A stretch of 64,000 nucleotides of DNA from Acidobacteriota bacterium (GTDB lineage: Bacteria > Acidobacteriota > Blastocatellia > RBC074), in assembly GCA_033763255.1 (NCBI GenBank), contig JANRKX010000024.1:12835-76834 (forward strand). The letters run 5' to 3'. The translations under genes and the position numbers were made by a program. Positions 9,445 through 17,994 of this stretch are shown here, one piece after another (position 1 is the stretch's first letter; every line of letters begins with the position of its first letter). Under the pieces are notes generated by a model. That model did no database searches. It saw nothing but the letters and a program-made list of their open reading frames with translations, and was not told where the DNA came from.

Positions 9445-11355
9445 TTATTTTTTCTGCGCGCGTTGTTTCATGGCTTTTTCGGCTTCTTCAAACGCCCCGC
9501 CTTCCACTTTGCCCAGCTTAACTGCCAGATCGTAAGCGATGGTCGCTTCCGCCGTCAGCTTTTCCGCCAGCGAAGGATTTGTTTCAGCGATGAAGTCCAG
9601 AATCTTTCCGGCGGCGACATAACTGCGTTGCGCCAACCACTTTTCCGATTCCGGCGAAGCCGATTGAGCGGCTCGTTTGTAAAGATCAACTGCGGCGTAC
9701 AAAGCTTCTTCGACGCGGTCGCTGTCGTCCAGCGTGCTGGCTTGCTTGCTGGCGACTTCGGCCAGCCCGAACAGCACGCGGGCGTTGTTCGGATTTTCTT
9801 TCGACGCCGCGTCTAAAATGGCTTTGGCGTCGTCGTACTTGCGGTTCTTAATCAGGTTGTCGGCTTCGACGATTCGCGCTACCAGTTTGTCATCGGCATT
9901 TGCAATCTCCAGTTTCGGAGCCGGAGCAAATGTCGCTTCGGTGCGAAACTGTTTGTAACGCGCCAATCGCTGCTCGAATTCTTTCAATCGCACGGCTTCG
10001 CGTTCGTAATCAACGTTGCCCAGCATAGAAGAGATATAATCCCGTATGTTGACGCCGACCGGTTCAAACGCCTTCATCTGATCGTAAAAGTGATATACCA
10101 GCACGGATCCGCGTTCGTAGCCCAAACTGAGTTGGTAAATCGCTTCGTCTTCCGGCGAAACATTGCGCGCAGCCATTCCCAACACATCCATTCGCGCGTT
10201 GGTGGCCTGCACCAGCGAATCGGTAATCAAAAAGTACGCGCTGCGTTCGGCGTAATCGCGGTCGAGTTTGTCGCCGCGCGTTTCCATCAGTTTTCGCAGA
10301 TCAGTACGAATCGCGGCAACTTCCTTGATTTGCCGTTCGACCAGCGGATCCAGCACAAAATTCAAAAACGCACGCCGCATGGATTCGATGCTGGGCGTGC
10401 TGCTTGGCCCCAACAATAAAAAGTACGTGTCACGCACCACGCGCAGGTTCGCCGCGTTCGACGCATTGAGCAGGTCTGGAATAATCACGAACCGACGGAT
10501 GCGATTTGGCGAATCCATCTCTTCTGCAATTTGCGGTAGCTGTGGTTTGTCGGCGGCTTGCGTATCTTTTTTGCCGGAATCTTTCTTGCCCGAATCTTTC
10601 TTGTCAGATTTCTTTTCGTCTTTTTTCTCCGGCTTGGCTGCCGGAGTCGTTCGCCGAATGTTGACCAGCGGCGGCAATTCCAGCACCGGTTCCGTGTGCA
10701 AATAAGTCAACACGTTGCCCAGCACCAGACCGGCGACTTGCGGATACGTTTCAGCGACTTTCAAACTTGCTTCGATGTATTTGGGCAACAACCTGGAAAA
10801 ACTCGTTTTCTGATAAAACTCTTCGACGATGGGGGCGAAGCCGACAATTTCTTTGACATCGTCCGGCAAACGATCTTGCGGAACATCAATGGCGAAAGCC
10901 GGAGGTTCCTGCAAAGACAGCGCCAGACTCAGATAAGGCGCAACGGCTGCGGCGTCGGTGGTTCCTTTGCGATGAGCCAGGAAAAAGTCGCGCAATTTGC
11001 GAACGACCTCCGGCGGAGTGTTTTTCAAATCGTCGCGCATCTGTTGGCGCAATGGCGTCAACTGGCGTCCGCCGGTTTCGTAATCGTAACCGGCGACATT
11101 CAACGCAGCCATCATCACTATGATTCGTTTGTCCGCACCGATGTATGTGTTGACATCATCCAGTGAAAGATTCGGGCGCTGAGCCAACGGAATTTTACGG
11201 CGATCAATTTGCGGAGCCTGTTGCGGCCTGGCTTCCTGTGTCGCCGGAGCTTTGGGCGGCTGAGCCGGTTGCTGCCCAGCCTGTTGAGAAAACACATTCA
11301 GCGTCAAGGCCAACGCCAGCGCCGACGTTTGAAGGATAGAAAGAGTTTTTTTCAT
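9445..11355 (-). CDS. hypothetical secreted protein with Lys-rich low-complexity linker and TPR-like C-terminus
   Basis: The best start is ATG at 11355 (MKKTLSILQTSALALALTLNVFSQQ signal peptide). It contains KPEKKDEKKSDKKDSGKKDSGKKD and a C-terminal TPR-like segment (KNRKYDDAKAILDAASKENPNNARVLFGLAEV). Confidence 0.7.
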   Translation of the reverse strand: MKKTLSILQTSALALALTLNVFSQQAGQQPAQPPKAPATQEARPQQAPQIDRRKIPLAQRPNLSLDDVNTYIGADKRIIVMMAALNVAGYDYETGGRQLTPLRQQMRDDLKNTPPEVVRKLRDFFLAHRKGTTDAAAVAPYLSLALSLQEPPAFAIDVPQDRLPDDVKEIVGFAPIVEEFYQKTSFSRLLPKYIEASLKVAETYPQVAGLVLGNVLTYLHTEPVLELPPLVNIRRTTPAAKPEKKDEKKSDKKDSGKKDSGKKDTQAADKPQLPQIAEEMDSPNRIRRFVIIPDLLNASNAANLRVVRDTYFLLLGPSSTPSIESMRRAFLNFVLDPLVERQIKEVAAIRTDLRKLMETRGDKLDRDYAERSAYFLITDSLVQATNARMDVLGMAARNVSPEDEAIYQLSLGYERGSVLVYHFYDQMKAFEPVGVNIRDYISSMLGNVDYEREAVRLKEFEQRLARYKQFRTEATFAPAPKLEIANADDKLVARIVEADNLIKNRKYDDAKAILDAASKENPNNARVLFGLAEVASKQASTLDDSDRVEEALYAAVDLYKRAAQSASPESEKWLAQRSYVAAGKILDFIAETNPSLAEKLTAEATIAYDLAVKLGKVEGGAFEEAEKAMKQRAQKK

Positions 11356-11386
11356 CTTCGGGTTCAACTTAGATTGATGATTAAGT

Positions 11387-11869
11387 TCAGCCGGAAAGCG
11401 GGTCAGCTTTCGGCTCAATGTCTTTGGGAAATTTGCGACGATACGCGCGAATGGCGAACAGCATCAGCGGATAGGAAATCAGCGAGCAAACAATCGCCAG
11501 AATCATTGCGCCCACCGCATAAGGCAATAACTGCCGCCACTGCGAAACCAGCGATTGCCAAAACGCCGAAGTCACCAGCGCGCCCAGCGTTACGGTGGGC
11601 AATTCCACCTGCGGCGAGCCGATAATCAAATTGCCGATTCCCCACGAAGCCGCAATCGCCGGAGCGAATGTCCACGGATTGGTGATAAACAAGCCGGTGA
11701 ACAGCGCAACCTTGTTGACTCTCCAAACCAGCAGCAACAATCCGGCGATTACCATGTGCAATCCAACCAGCGGCGTGAATGCAATGAACGTCCCGACAGC
11801 AAATGCCAGCGCCGTGCGTTCCGGCGGTTCATCAAGGTTGAGCAAATTTCTGAACGCGCGTCTCAACAT
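11387..11869 (-). CDS. DUF2062-family membrane protein
   Basis: PERTALAFAVGTFIAFTPLVGLHMVIAGLL and ITNPWTFAP are characteristic of DUF2062. There are 3-4 predicted TM segments. Confidence 0.8.
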   Translation of the reverse strand: MLRRAFRNLLNLDEPPERTALAFAVGTFIAFTPLVGLHMVIAGLLLLVWRVNKVALFTGLFITNPWTFAPAIAASWGIGNLIIGSPQVELPTVTLGALVTSAFWQSLVSQWRQLLPYAVGAMILAIVCSLISYPLMLFAIRAYRRKFPKDIEPKADPLSG

Positions 11870-11918
11870 AACTTGTCTGTGGGATTTTTGCCGCGCGGAT
11901 TATAGCCGAAGCCGCGCG

Positions 11919-13181
11919 TCATTCGTAACGAAGAGCTTCAATTGGGTCGAGCCGGGCGGCTTTCCAAGCCGGCCACAATCCGAAGCTGACTCCCAATCCA
12001 ACCGACACGGCAAAGCCAACTACCGGCGCCCACAACGGAACGAAGGTCGGCATCACCAGCTTGATAAGTTCGGCCAAGCCCCAGCCAATCAAAATGCCTA
12101 CGACGCCGCCCAAGCCGGTCAACGTCGCCGCTTCGATCAGGAATTGCAGCACGATGTCGCGCCGCCGAGCGCCGATGGCTTTGCGAACGCCGATTTCTTT
12201 GGTTCGTTCGGTGACGCTGACCAGCATGATGTTCATCACGCCGATGCCGCCAATCAGCAAACCGACGCTGGAAATCGCCACCATCAACAAAAAGACTCCG
12301 CCGGTGATCGCTTTGAATTGCTGGATGATGCCTTCGGAGGTTTGAATGCCGAAATTGTCCGGCTGGTCGTAAGCGACTTTGCGCCGTTTTCTGAGCGCCT
12401 GACGGATTTCGTCCAGCGCCTGTTCCTGTTTGCCGGGCGCGTACTGTGCCATGACGAAGTTTTCTTTGACGTTCGGGAAAACTTTCCGAATCGTTTCGTA
12501 AGGAATATAAACCGCTTTGTTTTCGTTGCCAGGATCGTCGGCGGGAGTGATGAACGTCTCACGTTTTTTCATCACGCCGATGACGCGGTAATTACGCCCA
12601 TTAATCATGATTTCTTTTTCGAGCGCCGCAACCGTCGGAAACAGTGTGTTGGCGACATCTCGTCCGATGACACACACATCGGCGCGCGCGAGGTTTTCGC
12701 CATCGGTGAAAAAGCGGCCTTCGGTGACTTCGGTGTTGCCCATTCGGAAATACGCGGGCAAGGTTCCCTGCACCGTCGCGTTGTACATTTCCGTATCTCG
12801 AAAGCGAATTTTGACGCGCTCCGCCATCGGCCCCTGCAAAAAATCCACCGGCGACATAAACGGAGTGACATCCGTCACCGAAGGGCATTCATCCCGAATT
12901 GCCATCGCATCTTCGTAACTGATCGGTTTGCGCTGCCGCTCTTCCGCCGACGGATTGAAGTTGAAACCCGGATCGAATTTGAAGATGTAGATCGAATTCG
13001 TACCGAACGATTCAATCTCTTTGGCGACTTGCGAATCAATGCCCGACACAAAGGCGGCAATCACAATCACGGTCGTCGTGCCGATGACGACTCCCAGAAT
13101 CGTCAAAAACGACCGCAGCTTGTGTTGCCACAACGTGTCGAACGCCATCCAGATGTTTTCCCGAAAATCCTGATGAGTCAT
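11919..13181 (-). CDS. ABC transporter permease, MacB/FtsX family (no ATPase domain)
   Basis: N-terminal LWQHKLRSFLTILGVVIGTTTVI, a large periplasmic MacB_PCD-like middle region, and a C-terminal FtsX module RTKEIGVRKAIGARRRDIVLQFLIEA. Confidence 0.9.
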   Translation of the reverse strand: MTHQDFRENIWMAFDTLWQHKLRSFLTILGVVIGTTTVIVIAAFVSGIDSQVAKEIESFGTNSIYIFKFDPGFNFNPSAEERQRKPISYEDAMAIRDECPSVTDVTPFMSPVDFLQGPMAERVKIRFRDTEMYNATVQGTLPAYFRMGNTEVTEGRFFTDGENLARADVCVIGRDVANTLFPTVAALEKEIMINGRNYRVIGVMKKRETFITPADDPGNENKAVYIPYETIRKVFPNVKENFVMAQYAPGKQEQALDEIRQALRKRRKVAYDQPDNFGIQTSEGIIQQFKAITGGVFLLMVAISSVGLLIGGIGVMNIMLVSVTERTKEIGVRKAIGARRRDIVLQFLIEAATLTGLGGVVGILIGWGLAELIKLVMPTFVPLWAPVVGFAVSVGLGVSFGLWPAWKAARLDPIEALRYE

Positions 13182-13184
13182 AAA

Positions 13185-13736
13185 TTACGCCAATTGAAAT
13201 TCTGGCAACGCCAGATTCAAACGCTCCGACAAGCCCAGTTTTTTATCGAAGCCAGCCAAATCAGCAGAGCTGCAATTTCCCAAAAGGTCCGTCACATCGT
13301 TCGCATCAAACAAGGTATAAAACCGCTGCGTAGGCCAGTAAAAAACGACGACCTTCTTATCGCGTGTCAGCAAGTTCACGACGTTGTTAAGCGTGCCATT
13401 GCTTTTGCCGTCCCAAAGCATGAACCCGTGAGTCGCTTCTTCTGCCATCTGCGAATCTTTCAGTGCATAAAACTCAAACCCGCGCTTGCCTTGTTCAGCC
13501 GTGACAACGCGCGTTTCCCAGTTTCCAATGTTGTTGCGACATTTATCGTTCATGCAAAACACCATCACATTACGGTGCCCCTTGTCGGCCAGGTATTTTT
13601 GAACGGCTTTATCCGCACCGTTGGCATCACCAATCAAAACTCTGAAGCTGTTGTTGATAATGTTGTCGAGCCGTGCTGTGACCAAATCGTTCAACCTGGT
13701 CACGTTTCTCGAACCACCAATGAAGATTTTCGTCAT
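13185..13736 (-). CDS. SLOG / DprA-LOG-like Rossmannoid protein (DUF2493-like), candidate antitoxin or sensor
   Basis: IFIGGSRNV...(about 25 aa)...VLIGDANGADKAVQKYL...WDGKSNGTLNNV matches the GSR / G-x-G-x-D / S-x-GT layout of DprA, LOG and DUF2493 proteins. It has a 4-nt ATGA overlap with the upstream PRTase gene, and its stop lies 3 nt from the next permease start. Confidence 0.65.
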   Translation of the reverse strand: MTKIFIGGSRNVTRLNDLVTARLDNIINNSFRVLIGDANGADKAVQKYLADKGHRNVMVFCMNDKCRNNIGNWETRVVTAEQGKRGFEFYALKDSQMAEEATHGFMLWDGKSNGTLNNVVNLLTRDKKVVVFYWPTQRFYTLFDANDVTDLLGNCSSADLAGFDKKLGLSERLNLALPEFQLA

Positions 13737-14323
13737 AACGCACTCCTGGTTCTGGTTACAGCCAGAGCATAAACGTCAACAACTTCGCCTTTTTCAATTA
13801 AGGTTTTGGTCAAGGCATCCATCGTTGCGCCCGACCTGAACAGGTCATCGAAAAGCAGCACGATCCGTCCCTGCACTTTCGATTTCTTGATGTTGAAAGC
13901 ATTTTCCAATGCCGCAACGCGCTTATCGTACTCGTAAATGTTCTTCACTTCTGGTGTGCTTTTGAATTTGGTCACGCAATCTGAACACATTGGCACTCTG
14001 AGCTTTGCAGCCAATTCATTCGCCAGCAACAGAATTGGCTGGAAGTTTCTTCTCTTTGAAGGCGGAACCGGCAGGATCAAATCTGGTTCGATTTTCCAGC
14101 GGCGCACAAAGCCAGCCGCAGCTTCGGCTATCTCACCCGCCACTGAACGATCCGCTTTGTATTTCAACCTGTAAAGCAACTCGCCAATCTCACTCCGCTG
14201 CGTATCAAAGATTGGATGGCCAAATTCATCGTGGCCAACAAACTGGCTGTGCAGCGTGTGGTAATCAAGTGCAAACCCTAGTCGCCAATTTCCAGGAATC
14301 CTGATTGGATTGATACTTGCCAT
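13733..14323 (-). CDS. ComF-family phosphoribosyltransferase lacking the N-terminal zinc finger, candidate toxin or effector
   Basis: LYRLKYKADRSVAGEIA, DLILPVPPSKRR, ENAFNI and the PRPP-binding loop GRIVLLFDDLFRSGATMDA follow the ComF/PRTase order. No Cys4 finger is present at the N-terminus. Confidence 0.8.
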   Translation of the reverse strand: MASINPIRIPGNWRLGFALDYHTLHSQFVGHDEFGHPIFDTQRSEIGELLYRLKYKADRSVAGEIAEAAAGFVRRWKIEPDLILPVPPSKRRNFQPILLLANELAAKLRVPMCSDCVTKFKSTPEVKNIYEYDKRVAALENAFNIKKSKVQGRIVLLFDDLFRSGATMDALTKTLIEKGEVVDVYALAVTRTRSAL

Positions 14324-14344
14324 TCTTTACACTTCCCTTCTTCC

Positions 14345-15577
<1,233 letters not shown>

Positions 15578-15678
15578 GTGGATTCCTCTAGTTGTTGCGA
15601 AGCTGAAACTACGCCCGGCTCGGCCAAAAGGTTCGGCAGAGTTGAGATTCATTCGAGGATGCACTGGCGGGAATTCTT

Positions 15679-15753
15679 GATTGCGGAATGCGGATTTCGG
15701 ATTGCGGACTCGTTCAATCGAACTCCGCAATCCACAATCCGCGATCCGCAATC
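15679..15753. repeat. long imperfect palindrome built from GATTGCGGA-type units
   Basis: The left arm gattgcggaatgcggatttcggattgcgga is nearly complementary to the right arm tccgcaatccacaatccgcgatccgcaatc. It lies between the PPIase stop and the permease start. Confidence 0.85.
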
Positions 15754-15756
15754 AAA

Positions 15757-16320
15757 TCAGTCTTGAACCGTGACTTTCTTCATGACGGCTTTGTTGATCA
15801 GATTCTCTCGTTGGTCTGTGGGCTGACTGGCGATTTTTTCCACCACTTCTATGCCTTCGATGACTTCGCCGAACACGGTGTACTGGCCGTTCCAGTTCGG
15901 GAAATCGCGCAAACAGACAAAAAACTGGCTGGTGGCACTGTTCACATCGTTGCCTCGTCGAGCCGCGCCGAGCACGCCTTTTTTGAAGGGTTTGTCGCTG
16001 AATTCAGCGGGAATCGTCGGCTGTCCGGGAGCGCCCATTCCCCAAGTGCTTCGATCGCCATTGCGCGTGTTCGGGTCGCCGCCCTGAATCAACAACCCTG
16101 GCGAAACGCGATGAAACGCCAAGCCGTCATAAAAACCTTCGCGCGCCAGCTTGGTGAAGCTTTCAACGTGCTTTGGCGCAACAGACGCATCCAGTTTGAT
16201 TTTTATCTGACCAAAATCAGTGTCAATCACCGCCACGCCGCCGCCACTTTTTGAACAGGAACCGACGACCAACGCCAGCGCCAACACAATCAAAATTCGA
16301 GTAAGTTTCATAATCTCCAT
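15757..16320 (-). CDS. peptidyl-prolyl cis-trans isomerase, cyclophilin type, lipoprotein or secreted
   Basis: FHRVSPGLLIQGGDP and FFVCL...NGQYTVFGEVIEGIEVV. The N-terminus LIVLALALVVGSCS has a lipobox. The start could be 16320 or 16311. Confidence 0.9.
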   Translation of the reverse strand: MEIMKLTRILIVLALALVVGSCSKSGGGVAVIDTDFGQIKIKLDASVAPKHVESFTKLAREGFYDGLAFHRVSPGLLIQGGDPNTRNGDRSTWGMGAPGQPTIPAEFSDKPFKKGVLGAARRGNDVNSATSQFFVCLRDFPNWNGQYTVFGEVIEGIEVVEKIASQPTDQRENLINKAVMKKVTVQD

Positions 16321-16329
16321 TCCGGGAAT

Positions 16330-16388
16330 GGACAGGATGAACAGGATTTTTCAGGATTCAATCCTGTCGCATCCTGTAAATCCTGTCT
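16330..16388. repeat. palindromic repeat built from CAGGAT / ATCCTG units (family copy A)
   Basis: ggacaggatgaacaggatttttcaggatt-ca-atcctgtcgcatcctgtaaatcctgtc. It lies between the gatB stop and the PPIase start. Related copies are at 48157-48185 and 61757-61865. Confidence 0.85.
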
Positions 16389-16394
16389 GATGTT

Positions 16395-17891
16395 TTATGC
16401 CTCAAGTTTCGCTTTCAAAATTTCGTTGACCGCTTTCGGATTGGCTTTGCCGCCGGAGGCTTTCATCACCTGGCCGACGAAAAATCCGATCAGCGCCGCT
16501 TTGCCCGAACGATAGCCTTCGACTTCTTTCGGGTTGGCGGCAATCACATCATCCACGATCTTTTCAATCGCCGAAGTGTCCGTAATTTGCACCAGGCCTT
16601 TTTCCTTGACGATTTCTGCCGGAGCTTTGCCGCTGGCAAACATGTCGGCAAACACGTCTTTGGCAATTTTGCCGGAAATGGTTTTGTCGTCAATCAGCCG
16701 AATCATCGCGCCCAGGTCTTCGGCTTTGATTTTGCAATCCGTGATGTCAGTTTCGGAGTTTTTCAATTCGCGCAACAGTTCAGACAAAATCCAGTTCGCC
16801 GCCGCGCGATGATTTCCAGACGCTTTGACCGTCGCCTCAAAGTAATCGGCCAGAGCGCGTTCGCCCGTCAGCGTGAAGGATTCGTCGGCGGTCAATTCGT
16901 AATCACGCATAAACCGTTGCCGCCGAGCTTCGGGCAATTCGGGCATTTCGGCTTTTAACGCTTCAATCCATTCGGCGCTGACTTCCAGCGCGGGCAAATC
17001 CGGATCGGGAAAGTAACGATAATCGTGCGCGTCTTCCTTCGAGCGCATCGTGTAGGTTTTGCCTTCTTTCTCATTCCACAGGCGGGTTTCCTGAACCATC
17101 TCGCCACCGGCTTCGAGCAATGCGATCTGCCGATCAATTTCGTAATCAATCGCTTTCTGCAAAAAACGCAACGAGTTGACGTTTTTGATTTCGGCGCGCG
17201 TGCCCAGCTTTTCCTGCCCGGCAGGCCGAACCGAAACGTTGGCGTCGCAGCGCAGATTTCCTTCTTCCATGTTGCCGTCGCAAACGCCGATGTATTGCAG
17301 TGTGCGGCGCAAAAACGCGACGTAATCGTAAGCTTCCCAACTGCTGCGAAAATCCGGTTCGCTGACGATTTCCAACAGCGGAGTTCCGGCGCGATTCAAA
17401 TTGACGTGCGACTTGGACGAATCGCCTATGTCGTGAACCGATTTGCCTGCGTCTTCTTCGATGTGAGCGCGCGTGATGCCGAAACTTTTCAATTGCCATT
17501 CGATGGGGCGTCCGCCTTCGTCGCGCTGACTGGTCAGAATTTCGACTTTGCCCAGTTCGGAAAACGGTTTGTCGTATTGCGAAATCTGGTAGCCCTTTGG
17601 CAAATCAGGATAGAAATAATTTTTCCGCGCGAAGATGGATTCGGTGTTGACGCGCAGATTCAACGCCAGCGCGGCTTTGCCTGCGTTGACCACCACGTCG
17701 CGGTTCATGACCGGCAAGGCTCCGGGCAAACCCAGACACACTGCGCAAGTGTTGTCGTTCGGTTCCTGCCCGAATTCGGTCGAACAAGTGCAAAAGATTT
17801 TGGATTTGGTATTGAGTTGCGCGTGAACTTCCAAGCCGATGACGGCTTCCCAACCTGCTTTCACTGCTTTGTCTCCTTCAGATGAGGTCAA
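16395..17891 (-). CDS. gatB: Asp-tRNA(Asn)/Glu-tRNA(Gln) amidotransferase subunit B
   Basis: WEAVIGLEVHAQLNTKSKIFC, CAVCLGLPGALP and a C-terminal GatB_Yqey-like tail. The start appears to be TTG. Confidence 0.95.
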   Translation of the reverse strand: MTSSEGDKAVKAGWEAVIGLEVHAQLNTKSKIFCTCSTEFGQEPNDNTCAVCLGLPGALPVMNRDVVVNAGKAALALNLRVNTESIFARKNYFYPDLPKGYQISQYDKPFSELGKVEILTSQRDEGGRPIEWQLKSFGITRAHIEEDAGKSVHDIGDSSKSHVNLNRAGTPLLEIVSEPDFRSSWEAYDYVAFLRRTLQYIGVCDGNMEEGNLRCDANVSVRPAGQEKLGTRAEIKNVNSLRFLQKAIDYEIDRQIALLEAGGEMVQETRLWNEKEGKTYTMRSKEDAHDYRYFPDPDLPALEVSAEWIEALKAEMPELPEARRQRFMRDYELTADESFTLTGERALADYFEATVKASGNHRAAANWILSELLRELKNSETDITDCKIKAEDLGAMIRLIDDKTISGKIAKDVFADMFASGKAPAEIVKEKGLVQITDTSAIEKIVDDVIAANPKEVEGYRSGKAALIGFFVGQVMKASGGKANPKAVNEILKAKLEA

Positions 17892-17994
17892 TCAAGCGGC
17901 GGATTATAACGGCTGACTTCAGGCTAAGCCAGACAGCGTTTACGGTTTCTGCCATAATCCGATTCACTCATTTCACTACTGGGGAAATCGCAAA

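Noticed and set aside
11595-13772. A 725-aa plus-strand ORF spanning the DUF2062, permease and SLOG genes.
   Set aside because: It lies antisense to three well-supported minus-strand genes with clear family motifs. Its composition is Arg/Gln/His/Phe-rich and junk-like, with no motif. Long antisense ORFs are expected in GC-biased coding DNA.
15578-15751. ORF-track N-terminal extensions that run through palindromic repeats or lack an RBS. Examples are 14345..15751, 61761..61937 for rsmI, 46287..46352 for the TesA-like gene, 36352..36624 for CRTAC1, 33537..33638 for MEMO, and 54144..54236 for the trans-sulfuration enzyme.
   Set aside because: In each case an internal ATG has a good Shine-Dalgarno sequence and/or a canonical family N-terminus or signal peptide. 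The extension is Arg/Cys-rich sequence derived from repeat DNA or from the neighbouring gene.
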